Positions 13,441 through 26,397 are shown, numbered from the whole stretch's first letter. The stretch: DNA of 63,657 nt, filler included, from Octopus bimaculoides (GCF_001194135.2; 5 parts of 5 records of this genome joined end to end with filler, not necessarily neighbours in it); one strand, 5' to 3'. Numbers and translations are program-made. Notes: generated by a model from the letters alone, not told the origin.

Positions 13441-13645
13441 AAAACGTTAGCAAGCCGGGCGAAATGCTTAGCGGTACTTCGTCTGCCTTTACGTTCTGAG
13501 TTCAAATTCCGCCGAGGTCGACTTTGCTTTTCATCCTTTCGGGGTCGATAAATTAGGTACCAGTTAGACACTTGGGTCGATCTAATCGACTGACCCCCTC
13601 CCCCAAAATTTGGGACCTTGTGCCTAGAGTAGAAAAGAATATTTA
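13441..13645 (+). mobile_element. SINE family B monomer
   Basis: aaacgttagcaagccgggcgaaatgcttagcgg...gagttcaaattccgccgaggtcgactttgcttttcatcctttcggggtcgataaattaggtaccag...ccttgtgcctagagtag. Confidence 0.9.
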
Positions 13646-15774
13646 AACTATACTTTCTTTCGGTTGCTAAGGTATCCATATTTTCTATATTTGGTGGCGG
13701 TGCTCCAGTATGAGCACACTCCAGCAGACGGAACCAGTAAAATATTAAAATATACATTGAAAAAAGATAAAAGCAAACATTAAATAAAAATAACGCAGCT
13801 ATCAATATTGGTATGGGGTGTGGCCAATGTGGAGCACGGCCACCAAACATAGAAAATATGGATCCTTCAGCTATGAGGAACTTCAGAATTGAAATGTTGT
13901 TCTGCTTATGCCTTGGTGTTGATCCTGAATATTGTTGATTATTTGAACACTGACTGGCAACCGTTATCTTTAACAACTGTTCAACGATTAAATAACGCCG
14001 CAAGGAATTAGGGGGACGTAGCCATGACAGCTTGGTTATGACGTTCACTTTGTAATCATGTGCTCCAGGTTCGATCTCACTGCAAAATATGCATGCATGT
14101 ATATATGTATACACACGTATATGCATATATGCATGCATACATCTATCCATCCATCCATCCATCCATCCTCCATACATACATACTTATATGCATGCATGAA
14201 TACATACATACATCGTACATACATGCGTACATGCATGCATACATGCATACAAACATACATGCATGCATACACACATACACACACATATATGACGGTTATG
14301 TACAGTTTCCCTGTCTACCAAAGTTCGCGCACATGGCATTGCTTAACTCGACGCTGTAATAGAAGACATCTACGCAAGGTACACCAGTATAGAGTCAAGA
14401 TATTTGATTTTGAAGACAACCGACGTTTTGGAGACTTGTACTTCGTCATGTTGGATGCAAAAGAGAAAACAAAATTCTGCAAGGAAGAAATCTCTGTACC
14501 TCGGGCTAACACACTCAATCTGCACTGAATCGTTATTTTACTCAATTACACTTCTACAATTGTAATTATCGTAACAATGAATAATATTTTAGATTGGTGA
14601 TGGGTCTTAATAGAAGTACGTACACTGCTGTTTTAATCCTCTTACCATCGTAAAATATGAAACAACCTTCAATCTCATTGGTGAAGTGAGCTATCTTATT
14701 GATTTCCTTTTATATGACACGGAATTTATACAAGGATAAAGTAATGAGATTGTGTTGTGTCATTTTCTAACAGATATTGAGCACGTGACTGAAATGAAAT
14801 GGCTGCAACAATAAATCGCATCTTCAGCATTTATCTAGTTTTTGCCGTTTGTCGCCATTTCTCCAGTCTAGAATTTTCCGATTAATGCCTCTTTCGGGGT
14901 CGGGTAAATCACTACCAATTATTTAAATTAATTTTACTAATATTTGGATCACTTTTAACAGTGAATTATATGTATTTGTTAAATAAAATTATCCGGCACA
15001 TCTTGGGAATCTTGGTGATATGTTTCGGCCCAACTAGCTACGAATCTTGAACCCAATTTAGAAGACTCGATCCAAGTGAATTCCACGATATTCCACGACA
15101 GATATTTATATTTGATTATTTATTATAAAACTGGAAGTGAAAGAGATGGGTGTGTATATTATAAACCACTTAATCAATTCAGATACCCTTTAGAAATTTT
15201 GCTATGTTTGCGGGTGGAATTTTAAAAAGAATATTCTCACAGTTCAACGAGACTTGGACAAGTGTTAATGGCTGATCTTAGAATGTTAGTAACAATAAAC
15301 TAGAGTTCTATTGACGGATAGAACTGGAGACTTCATGCTTTGCACCTTTGCTACGTGTGGTCTTGTGACCTTGGACTTTATTGATTATAAAAGACAAAGA
15401 TTGATTATAAAAGACAAATCAATACTTTATTAATAATTTATTCAATTGCTCTTTTTTCATTTATTGATTCATTTTTTCTGTTTCCTCGACAGGAAATTCT
15501 GTGGAATGACAGTGTCACTGTAAGGGTGTATACATGTACACATGAGTGTGCAGTTAAAAGATAACTGGAATAGACAAACAAAAATAACAACAATGAATTA
15601 ATTTTACGTGTTCCAGATAATAAAAGTCTATAATAAATTAAAATGTTTGGAGATAATACCATTTCAACAGAACATCTTCCATTCTACAACTCTCAACTCC
15701 GTTCCACATTCTTATTTATTTCTTCTCCGCTAACGACATCATTTCTTATGCGCGCGTTCACGCATTTTAAGTAA

Positions 15775-15985
15775 GAAGGCCGGCAATTTTGAGAGGAAGA
15801 GGGGGAGGAGGAGGTCAATCGATCACATCACTCCGATAACTGACTGACACTTTATTTTATCGACCCCCAAAAAGATGAAAGGCGAAATTGACCTCGGTGA
15901 GATTTGAACTCAGAAAACAAAGGGCGGGAACAAATATGCAAAGCATTCTCCCGAGACTTTAATGATTCGGTCAGCTTATCGCTTC
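15775..15985 (-). mobile_element. SINE family B monomer
   Basis: atcgacccccaaaaagatgaaaggcgaaattgacctcggtgagatttgaactcagaa. Confidence 0.75.
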
Positions 15986-16257
15986 TCTGTATGCATGTAT
16001 GTGTGTGTGCGTGTGTACACACACACGCATAGACGCGCATATATACTTTAATAATAAAACTGCAAAGACGTCACAAAACCTTTTTTTCGGTTCCATTCTT
16101 AACCAAAACTGTCCGACGAACGCGAACATGAAACTCCGAGTAACAGTTTTCGAAGCTTCATTAATAAAGAATATTACTCTACCTCCGATAATCGTGACAT
16201 CGTCAAAGAGAATGGGAAATTTGACATATTCAAAATTTGTTTATTACAGTATTATTC

Positions 16258-16645
16258 TCGTGGTAAGTAGCTTGCTTCCCAACCATATGGTTCTGGGTTC
16301 AGTCTCACTGCCTGGCACCTTGGGTAAGTGTCTTCTACTATAGCCTCGCGTCGACCAAAGCCTTGTGAGTGGATTTGGTAGATGGAAATTGAAAGAAGCC
16401 CGTCGTAAATATATATATATATATATATATATATTTGTGTGTGTGTGTGTGTGTGTGTGTCCCCACCGTCGCTTGCCAACCGATGTTGGTGTGTTTACGT
16501 CGCCGTAGGTTAGCGGTTCTGCAAAAGAGACCGACAGAATAGGTACTAGGCTTACAAAGAATAAGTCCCGGGATCGATTTGTTCGACTAAAAGCGGTGCT
16601 CTAGCATGGCCGCAGTCAAATGACTGAAACATGTAAAAGAATTAA
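16258..16645 (+). mobile_element. SINE family A, near full length
   Basis: gtggtaagtagcttgcttcccaacc...gaaagaagcccgtcg-(TA)n(TG)n-...aaagcggtgctctagcatggccgcagtcaaatgactgaaac. Confidence 0.9.
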
Positions 16646-17401
16646 GTTTAATGTGAATTCAATGAGAATAATCTTTTAATAAACAACGTTTGAAGTTGTA
16701 TTCTCCTTTCTTCTTTATGGTGGTTTGGTTCTATCTTCTGCATGTTGTAGGAAACGCAATGAAGCGAACTCAGGATCAATCTATCGAGTGAAGGACTGTG
16801 TGATTGTTTATCTTACACAGCTGTGTATGTTCCCTATCATTCGATGTGGTTAGTCACGTCTGGATTATATCAGAGTGCTTATAAGGTACTTGCTCGGATT
16901 CCAAATCCCTATTCTTTTACGTTCAAAAATTCAAAAATTCAAAAATTCTCTAGAAAATGTGAAATAATTTCTTTTTTTGGAACTGGATATCGAAGCACAT
17001 AATAAATAATACCATGTATTAGATAAAGAAAAAAGTCGAAGGCTACCCGTGGAACTGGAAACCACATCTTCTCTTGACATATAAGGTGTTCTACCACTGG
17101 ATCAAAGTAAACCACTGAATATCTGACTCCAATTTAGAAAGTTTATTCTTACGAACACAAATTGCACGTTGTTGACAAACTGCACGTTGTCATAAATTGG
17201 ATAGAGAGATTCAAAAGAATACATTGCTCCAATAGTAGAAATCCAGTCGTGTACACAAGAGATGCGCATTCGAGTCATACGGGTAACCGACTTTTTCTAT
17301 CTAAAGCGTTTTTCGAGCCAATATTTACATGCGATTATTTATAGCTTTGTGTGCTTCGAGATCCCTTAACCAAAACTATATATATGAATACATACATAAT
17401 A

Positions 17402-17505
<104 letters not shown>

Positions 17506-18116
17506 TGCACATATATATGTGTGTGTAACATTTGATAAAAAAGAACTCAATAAGTGAAGTGGAGAACACCGTTTGTCTCATTTGAAATACGGGATTTTTA
17601 CCTGCAATTTTATCTCTCAGCTGGTTCGCAGTCGCTGTGATCGACATTTTTGCGAAAAACGAAAGGCAAAACTTTGAGTATGCGCCATATTTCACTCAAA
17701 GCAAATATGAAGCAGAAAAGGGAGACTTAAGTGGCTGCTCACCAATATTTAGCTTTGAATATAAGTTACTATACTTTCTCCGGTATTGAGTACTTGTTCG
17801 CTTAATTACATTCAGACACGTGTAGAGTCATTCAGTCAGTCCACACACACACACACACAGATATTGTATTATCTCGTTTGAAATTGGTTCAATCGAACTG
17901 GACTACTTTCATATGTAGTACTCAATACATGATACGAGTATAGAGTTTATAATACATACTCTAAAAGAATGACACAACGACCGTTTCGATCGATTTGCCC
18001 ATTATCGAGTGCTCTACTCAATAATGTCCCGATTGTTCGATACTATCGTTGTGCCATAACGCACACACACTCCCCCCACACACGCACATACATATATTTG
18101 TATATACATATGTATA

Positions 18117-18147
<31 letters not shown>

Positions 18148-18575
18148 TATAATGTGATGTTTATAAAATGTGATATTTATATATAATCTGATATATACGT
18201 ATACATATATGTATATGCGTACTCTCTCACACACATATAACAGCGTTCCATCTCTTTGGATATCAATATTGTGCATCTGTATAAAACATGACAAATATGG
18301 TAAATCAAGAATTCGTCTGATGATAAACATTCCGATAGTTTTTACCTCGAAAATCCTCTTTGTATTTTTTTATATATTTATTTAGTTTTTGTTTTGTTAA
18401 CTTCATAATTAATCATTTTTTATTTGTCATTAATAAACGTTTCATGATTTTTTGTATTCATACATCGAACGTCTTATGTTTTTATTTCGTTTTTATTTTC
18501 TTCTGATTTTTATTATTTAAATATGAATTCAGAAGAACGTAGTTAAATATATTCCAGCTTTCTGATCTGTGTATT

Positions 18576-18943
18576 TTATGGTGATTTCCCGGGAGGCACA
18601 TGATTCGCCGAATGTGCCAGCAGAGAGGGGAATGCACTGGACCAAGCGAAGCCAGAAGCTGACATCAAGTGACTGGTATTTGACAGTGAAGATGTTAAAT
18701 ATGGATATGAAAGAACGGGAGGGTAGAAAAATTGAGGGCCTGCGCACAAGGGAAACCTGTAGGCTGCCCCAAAATTGGGTAGATCGCTTTTTTCCGCTTT
18801 AATGTCTAGTTTGTGGCTTGTTAATTTCCGTCGTTTTGCTAACGGTGACTCTGTGGAGCATAGCTCTATATCAGGGTCTGTCTTCTTGGAACTGTCACTT
18901 GAAGACATCACTCGACTCGGGGTCTCATCGTCGGTGCCACCAT
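18576..18943 (-). CDS. Terminal coding exon of an unidentified host gene, probably a nuclear/transcriptional regulator
   Basis: Minus-strand acceptor ctgtctgtcttttacag|AT GGT GGC (AG at 18945-18944; phase-1 intron). Open frame of 121 full sense codons to TAA at 18578-18576: xGGTDDETPSRVMSSSDSSKKTDPDIELCSTESPLAKRRKLTSHKLDIKAEKSDLPNFGAAYRFPLCAGPQFFYPPVLSYPYLTSSLSNTSHLMSASGFAWSSAFPSLLAHSANHVPPGKSP*. GC-richer, non-repetitive, followed by AT-rich UTR-like sequence. No domain recognised. Confidence 0.75.
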
Positions 18944-19100
18944 CTGTAAAAGACAGACAGACAATAATGATAATAATAATAATAATAATAATAATGATGA
19001 TAATAATAATAATAATAATAATTGGTCAATTACTGAAATATGTAATGTTGACAGAAAAATACGNNNNNNNNNNATGACAATAAAAATAATAATAATAATA

Positions 19101-19276
19101 ATTCTTAAACATTCACTTGAACAAAACTGTACAAATCCAAATATATGGTACCCTAGGCATAACACCTACATGAACTTCTAACTTGTTGTCTCTTGAGGTC
19201 TCTGGGTGAGACTTGGATCCAACTTGTACAAATTCAAAACAAAAGTCAAACATAAAATAATAATAATAATAATAAT
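19101..19276 (+). mobile_element. Dong/R4-type LINE extreme 3' end (short)
   Basis: IYGTLGI-like residue, ...gaggtctctgggtgagacttggat... 3' UTR and (TAA)n tail; sits between (AAT)n tracts. Confidence 0.45.
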
Positions 19277-19289
19277 ATGTATGATAATC

Positions 19290-19680
19290 GAGAGAAAGAA
19301 CATGTATGATAATCGACATAGCTTTTCCCCGGTGACAACAGGATCGATGTGAAAGAAGAAAATATAAACAACTATGACAATTTAAAGTGGGAAATACGAA
19401 GGTTGTGGTCAATGAAGAGAAGAGACGTGATACCAAAAGTAATTGGTGCTCTTGGAAGTATCAGCACTCAACTACCAACATGGCTGGAAAAGATTGGTGC
19501 AAGTGTGAAGGTAGGAGACCTACAAGAATCAGCATTGCTTGGAACTGCAGGGATTCTTCGCAGGGTTCTTGAAGCATGACCAGTAAACAAGAGTCAGCTT
19601 AGTCTGCTGGCGGTGAACAGGTGACACTTTTCATCATAACCAGCAAAATAAGCTGAGAGTTTTCATATAATAATAACGAT
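19290..19680 (+). mobile_element. Dong/R4-clade RLE LINE 3' fragment (subfamily 1)
   Basis: ERTCMIIDIAFP..KEENINNYDNLKWEIRRLWSMKRRDVIPKVIGALGSI...LQESALLGTAGILRRVLEA* (C-terminus of the restriction-like endonuclease region); shared 3' UTR and TAA tail. Confidence 0.85.
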
Positions 19681-19739
19681 GATTTCTTTATTTTATGATG
19701 CCAAGTTCCAAATAGATAAAGCAGAGAATCACTTTTTTG

Positions 19740-20130
19740 TAGGATGTGTGGCAACAAAAACTAAACAATCCCACATGTTGTGAGTGAGAATAACAAACTG
19801 GCTCAAAGAGAATAGTAAAGGGAGGCATGATAGCATGGCTTAGTTTGTTCGCTGGAGATTATGTGAGCAAAACGGTCCTGGAAGAACACGAAAATAGTAC
19901 GACCATAAACCGGGTGTCACCAATAATAATGAGTATAAAATCTTATGCGATTTTACAATCCAGTGTGACTCACAAATTGATGCTCGGTGACCAGACATTG
20001 ATATAATGGATAAAAGGAAGAAGGAAACGAAGATCAAAGATGTACGAGTGAGTGAAAAAGAGCTGGAAATGATGGGAAAATACAAGCTACTAAAAGACAA
20101 AATGTCACCAATGTGGGCAATGAAGAGATT
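19740..20130 (+). mobile_element. Dong/R4-clade RLE LINE fragment (subfamily 2)
   Basis: HVVSE..KLAQRE*..RHDSMA*FVRWRLC...YDHKPGV...YKILCDFTIQCD..IDAR*PDI (end of CCHC knuckle, RHD motif, PD of PD-(D/E)xK). Confidence 0.75.
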
Positions 20131-20650
20131 TTTACAGAATTGGGGTAAGTAAATAGCGGGCATTAGAAATTTATGTAAGACGTGTGAACCAAAATTCTTT
20201 ATCACTGTTTCCCCAACTGTTTCGGGCTCACACACCCCGTTTCGATGTCTTATAGACGCAAAAATAACTCTCTTCCCGAGGAAAAAGGAAACATGTGCCC
20301 TACCATTAAGGGCAAAATTAATTTAGTAGTCTACAAGTATGCGCGCGCGCACACATCCAAGCGTGCGTGTGTGTTCAAAAGAAATTTTGACTTGAAACTT
20401 AGTTGGAAGTTTCATTTCTTACGCACGGCCCCTTTTTCAACTGACCCTAAGCCTTCACCAAGATATTATCCCGTCCTCAAACACTGGTCGAACGTTACCA
20501 CAGATTTCGATCACTTAAGTTTGCAGGAGTTAACTCCCTTTCGTCTTTTTTTTTTGTTTCCCTTCTAATGGTGAGTAGCGGGAACATACATACATACATA
20601 CATACATGCATACATATATACATACATACATACATACATACGTACGTACG

Positions 20651-20970
20651 TACAATAAGCCGGATATTGTTGATTGGGATACACAAGAAGCGGTATGTAC
20701 CGCCACATAGGTCACCTGACCTGCTGATGTGAATATCTCTTTGGAAATCAAAGAAGATATCTATGGACAACTGCTTCGAAACCTCCAGCTTCTATATCCG
20801 GATTACAAATTTACATTTTTACCTGTAATAATTGGAGCAATTGGTTTTGTAAGTAAATGCCGAACTATCGGTCTGGATAAGCTTGGATTCGATTCGCACA
20901 TTACAAGTAAAGAGTGTGAGTGAAACAGTGAAGCTATGCAAGGCTTTTTCTCAGCTTTAAAACGGGACAT
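20651..20970 (+). mobile_element. RLE-encoding LINE 3' fragment (distinct family)
   Basis: NKPDIVDWD...[44 protein letters not shown]...TVKLCKAF. Confidence 0.65.
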
Positions 20971-21077
20971 AGTTTTGTTATCTCCATTTCAAAGATGGAG
21001 CTTTGTATCTTTGTTAGAAACCAGCTCCCTCTTCACAGAAGGAATTTAGATGATTAAATGCAGAAGAGTCACACACA

Positions 21078-21192
<115 letters not shown>

Positions 21193-23244
21193 ACACACAC
21201 ACAAAATACACACATATCTTTGTATGTATGTGTATACATATATATAGATATATATGTATACCTATGTATGTATGTATGTATGTATGTATGTATGTATGTA
21301 TGTATGTATGCATGTATGTACGTAAGTACGTACGTACGTTTGTACGTGCACAAGCAAGCGTACACGCTAGATGGTCCGTGTAAGGGAGGTAATCGCGTAG
21401 ATAGTTTAGAAAATGGGCGGAAAAACTTTCAGAAGAAAAAAAAAAATGAATAACAAACAAAAGAAGAGAAAAAAGAGAAAAAGATGAACGGTGAGTTGAA
21501 GGTCAGTGTAACCATTGATGAAGATATTTATCCACTCTGGTGTTTTAGGGAGCTCCGTTGAGACGAGTGATACCCATCACTGCATATGTCCATGGGTCCT
21601 AACTGTTGTTAGAGGGCGGTCTAGCGGGGACCTGAGCTAGTTGACTGCGGCTATTGACAAGAATACGCAACAAACGTTTCTAAAAACATCGTCTTCGGTT
21701 ATAAGACAGTGTTAATAACACTTTCTAACCAAGGTTATGGATTATGGTGAGGGTGGGGGTGGGGGAGACAGGTCAATTAAATCAATTCCAGGATTTGCTT
21801 GGTACTATATTTTCACATCGAGATTTGAACCCACGGTGTAAATAGCCGTAACTATTGAATCTGTGCCATGGTGTGAAATCTCGACGAAGGGTCTTCGGAG
21901 TGAACTTTAGTAGACAGAAGCTTCCCTATACATACATACATACATACATACATACATACATACATACATGCATACATACATACATACATACATGCATACA
22001 TACATACATACATACATACATGCATACATACATACATACATACATGCATGCATACATNNNNNNNNNNNNNNNNNNNNNNNNNNNNNNNNNNNNNNNNNNN
22101 NNNNNNNNNNNNNNNNNNNNNNNNNNNNNNNNNNNNNNNNNNNNNNNNNNNNNNNNNNNNNNNNNNNNNNNNNNNNNNNNNNNNNNNNNNNNNNNNNNNN
22201 NNNNNNNNNNNNNNNNNNNNNNNNNNNNNNNNNNNNNNNNNNNNNNNNNNNNNNNNNNNNNNNNNNNNNNNNNNNNNNNNNNNNATACATACATACATAC
22301 ATACATACATACATACATGCATACATACATACATACATACATGCATACATACATACATACATACATACATGCATGCATACATACATACATACGTACACAC
22401 ATCCATCCATCCATCCATCCATAGATACATACATACAGACAGACAGACATACATACATCCATACATTCATACATACATACATACAAACATACATACATAC
22501 ATGCAGACATACATACATGCATACATGCATACATAGCTGGACAACGATATTGGAAAATAAGGAAGTTCCTAGACAGCAAAAAAAGTGAATGGGGAGATAT
22601 CAAAATAAGGTGAGTGGGAGGACCAGAGGGTGATTGGGTGGGGGTATGTGTGTATATGCGGCGTGTATATGTGAGGGTGTATATTTTGAGGGTATTAAAG
22701 TTTTAATGGTAAAAATATGTGGCTATCGAATAATTATAATTACAAGTGTAATTAGTGGCCAGAAGAAATGTATGGCCCTGTGGGGGGTAAGGTCGGGGGG
22801 AACCATTTGTACTTTCGGTAGAATATCGAGAGAAGTTTTGGAGGCAGGGTTGAGACTTGATGTAAGGGGTGAAGATGGGTGACTGTTTGTAACAAGAAGA
22901 GAGACAGTGCAGAGGGGTGGGCGTGAGTGGAATTATCTGAGATATACATTTGAAACGTGACGAACCATCCGAGGGTACCATGGTTACTCGAAAGGCTAGA
23001 AACATTAGGCAATTCTCCTTTAAATGATTCACTGTTGTTTTGAAAAGTGAGGAACACAACGAATATTGTAATTCTAGATATACCCGAGTGAAAGCATGGG
23101 CGGCCACTGTTACAAGGTTATGGGTGTAGGCAGTGAAGGTTGAACTGGGGTTAACAACAAGAAACTGGAAATATGAAAAGCACAGATTTGGAAATTCAGG
23201 GTTTCCAAGGAAAAACAACAAAGAAAGACACAGTAAGGGACATA

Positions 23245-23470
23245 GAGAAGGGAGAAATGGTAAAATAGGGAACAAGGACCACGAGAAAGGGAGAAGTAGT
23301 GAAATAGGGAACAGAGAAGGGAGACTTTGTAAAATAGGGAACACGGACCGTGAAAAAAGGGAGAGGTAGAGAATAGGGAACAGGGAAGGGAGACATAGTG
23401 AAATAGGGAAGAGGGACCACGGAAAAGGGAGAGGGAGTAAAATAGGGAACATAGAAAAGGGAGAGAATTG
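23245..23470. repeat. Higher-order minisatellite with alternating 39-bp and 30-bp units
   Basis: Six units starting aatagggaa(c/g) and containing aagggaga. The first five measure 39, 30, 39, 30, 39 bp. Confidence 0.8.
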
Positions 23471-23767
23471 AAATTTTTTGCTGAGATGAAAAAAAAAAAA
23501 CTTAGAAAAAGTAAAATGATATTTAAAATGTTTCATTGTGTTTTTGTGTGAAGAACCCGGGCAGCGCCCTTAACGATTTCTGTGACTGGTTGAAAGGATG
23601 AAGGGAAACAAGTAGGGTTTCTCTCCCTAGACCTGTGGTCCAAGTTTGAATAGATTTCGCTGTAGGCATTTCGGTGAGAGGACAGGAGGGAGATTAAAAT
23701 GGGCTCAGCCTATCTCACCGCCGCCACCACCTCCACCACCACCACCACCTCCACCACCTCCACCACA

Positions 23768-23867
23768 NNNNNNNNNNNNNNNNNNNNNNNNNNNNNNNNN
23801 NNNNNNNNNNNTTAATTAATTAANNNNNNNNNNNNNNNNNNNNNNNNNNNNNNNNNNNNNNNNNNNN
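23768..23867. other. Artificial 100-bp scaffolding spacer (44 N + TTAATTAATTAA + 44 N)
   Basis: Identical structure at 51673-51772, 59661-59760 and 61571-61670. Confidence 0.95.
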
Positions 23868-23898
<31 letters not shown>

Positions 23899-24660
23899 TA
23901 TGTATATATGCGTATATATTTGTATACACACACACTCACTCACACACACACATATATGTGTATGTATGCTTCGGTATTTCCATTTTCTTTCTCCTGTTCT
24001 AATCTACTTTCATCTCAAGAGACAGAAAAAAAAGAAAAGTTCACGCATTGCAACATTGTGAGTGTGAGACGATACATATCTATGTTCCCTTCCAGTTCCC
24101 TATTCTTCCCCTCCACCTCCTCCTCTTCCTCCTCCTCCTCCTACTACTACTATTTGTAATGATTGACAATGACAACACCAATGATGGTGTTGTGATGACA
24201 ATGACGGTGCTGGTGATGATGATGATGACTTTGGTAAAGAGGGCACAGAAATGGAAGAAGAAGAGGACGGGGTGGATTTCTGCCACTGTCTCACCTAATG
24301 GAATCAACCTTAATAAGAGAACTTTACCATTTCTCCTATTCCTTTATTCTTACCACATTTCCAGTCAGTGCAGGATCCTCCACATGATTGTTCATCTCCA
24401 AGAAATTGCAACCAAATCTCCCTCAATCTTCCCTACCCACCCCAAACCTGTCTTAAAACTACATATGAAGCTGTTTTGCTTAATGGTTAGGGTTTACGAC
24501 TCACAGTGTGTAAAATCAAGGTTCAGTTCCCAAACCAGACTGTGTGTTACTCCAATTCACCCTAATGAAAATGAGTACCAGTAATAGACTAGGGTTAACC
24601 TTGTAATGGATGGTCGTCCCATGCAGTGGTGGTGGTAGTGGTGGGGTATTATATTCTCAT

Positions 24661-25078
24661 TTGAAGGTGGTGAGCTGGCAGAATCGTTAGCATGCTGGGC
24701 GAAATGCTTAGCAGTATTTCATCTGCCGTTACATTCTGAGTTCAAATTCCGCCAAGGTCGACTTTGCCTTTCATCCTTTCAGGGTCAATAAATTAAGTAC
24801 CAGTTACGCACTGGAGTCGACGTAATCGACTTAATCCCTTTGTCTGTCCTTGTTTGTCCCCTCTGTGTGTAGCCCCTTGTGGGCAATAAAGAAATAAGAA
24901 GCGTTAGCACGCCAAGCGAAATCCTTAGCGGTATTTCGTCTGTCTTTGCGTTCTGAGTTGAAATTCTAACGAGGTCAACTTTGCCTTTCATCCTTTCACA
25001 GTCGATAAATTAAGTACTAGTTGCATACTGGGGCTGATGTAATTGACTGGCCCCCCTCTCCAAAAATTTCGGGCCTTG
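24661..25078 (+). mobile_element. Dimeric SINE family B
   Basis: Two B monomers (24661-24835, 24900-25078) joined by spacer ccctttgtctgtccttgtttgtcccctctgtgtgtagccccttgtgggcaataaagaaataagaa; same dimer at 52480-52900 (-). Confidence 0.9.
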
Positions 25079-25165
25079 GGCAAGTGTCTTCTACTATAGC
25101 CACGGGTCAACCAAAGCTTTATGAGTTGATTTGGTAGATGGAAACTGAAAGAAGCCCATCATATA
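25074..25165 (+). mobile_element. SINE family A left-half fragment fused to the B dimer
   Basis: ccttgggcaagtgtcttctactatagcc...gaaactgaaagaagccc. Confidence 0.8.
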
Positions 25166-25689
25166 TATATATGTATATATATCATCATCATCATCATTGT
25201 TGTTTAATGTCCACTTTCCATGCTGGCATGGTTTAGACATTTTTGTTTTTATGTACTTCTGTGTATTTTTTTCTTTTTCACAATGGACTTGAAGAAAACA
25301 GATGCCTTATCTCACCTTTGTCATCATCTTATACCTGGAAGGGTCATGGGAGCAAAGACCTCAATCGCACCTTCCATTGGGTCCTGTCAAAAGCATCCAT
25401 CCCCAATTGATCTGGTTGAGTCCCTAAGCAAGACCAACCGAGTTTGTGGATGTTATTCAACCATCTCCTCATGCCCTACCCCTACATCTCCTATCACTTG
25501 GTTTTGTCCATAAAACCTGTCTAGTGATTCTTACCACATGTCCATAGTATCAGAGCTGTGATTTCCCAGTTGGGAGAAATAGCAGCCCTACCTGGAGCAC
25601 CTCTCTGATCTCTAAGCTATGCATTCTGTTGAGTAACATTTCACCAAAGACCCTATGGACATGCATTTAATGGGTTTGCAACTGTGTGC

Positions 25690-26035
25690 TGCCTGGCAAG
25701 AATAAAAACCAATGTTGCAAAGACTAAGACACTTATCCTCTCAAGGAAGTCTGCACAAGACCATTCTACATGTGAATGGAACATGTAGAATGCATTGTGC
25801 ATGTGGAGCAGTTCAATAATCTAAGGGTTATTTTCACAAGTTATGGTAGACATGAGGCTGAATTAAGTGCAAGGATTACGGAATCTGGTGCAGTAATGCA
25901 CCAATTTTTCACATTCGACCGTCAAGAGAAAGAAGGAAGATAAGAAGGCCAAACTCTTTATCTTCAATTTGGTGTTTGAGCCTATCCCTGCCCATGGTCA
26001 TGAATCTTGAGTAATGACTGAAAGAAAATCAATCA
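25690..26035 (+). pseudogene. RTE-clade LINE RT C-terminal fragment
   Basis: KTNVAKTKTLILSR...VEQFNNLRVIFTSYGRHEAELSARI...KAKLFIFNLVFEPIPAHGHES*VMTER (cf. RTE KAKLSIYxSIxVPTLTYGHExWVMTER). Confidence 0.7.
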
Positions 26036-26397
26036 TGAAGACAAATATTCTGTTGAAATATTGTTCAGCTCAATAAACAGAGTCAGTATTGCATTGTGCT
26101 GTTATTGTGTACTTACCTTTGTGAAATACTATGGCAATCTTCATAAATTATTAATATAGATAATGATATTGGTCTCAAATTTTGGTACTGGGCCAACAAT
26201 TTCGGAGGAGAGGGTCAGTCATTTCTATCATAGTTGGTGCTTGAAGGATACTTATTTTGTTGACCCGGAAAGAATGAAAGGTATTTCGGTGCAAATTTGA
26301 ATTCAAAACATAGAGAAGAACTATATACTGTTCAGTATTCTGCCTCTAATAATTCTGTCAGCTCACTACCTTTAAAATAATGATAATAATAATAATA

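Noticed and set aside
22725-22760. Cluster of TAAT/ATTA sites as a possible enhancer
   Set aside because: Expected by chance in AT-rich DNA; needs conservation data.
22703-23536. 277-aa minus-strand ORF
   Set aside because: Held open by the 39/30-bp minisatellite and low-complexity sequence; no domain or convincing splice sites.
23812-23823. TTAATTAATTAA motif recurring four times
   Set aside because: It is always centred in 44 N + 44 N, so it is an artificial scaffolding spacer, not a regulatory site.
24100-24294. Ser-rich minus-strand ORF and nearby GTGAGA donor
   Set aside because: Mostly trinucleotide repeats; the frame upstream of the donor closes after about 16 codons.
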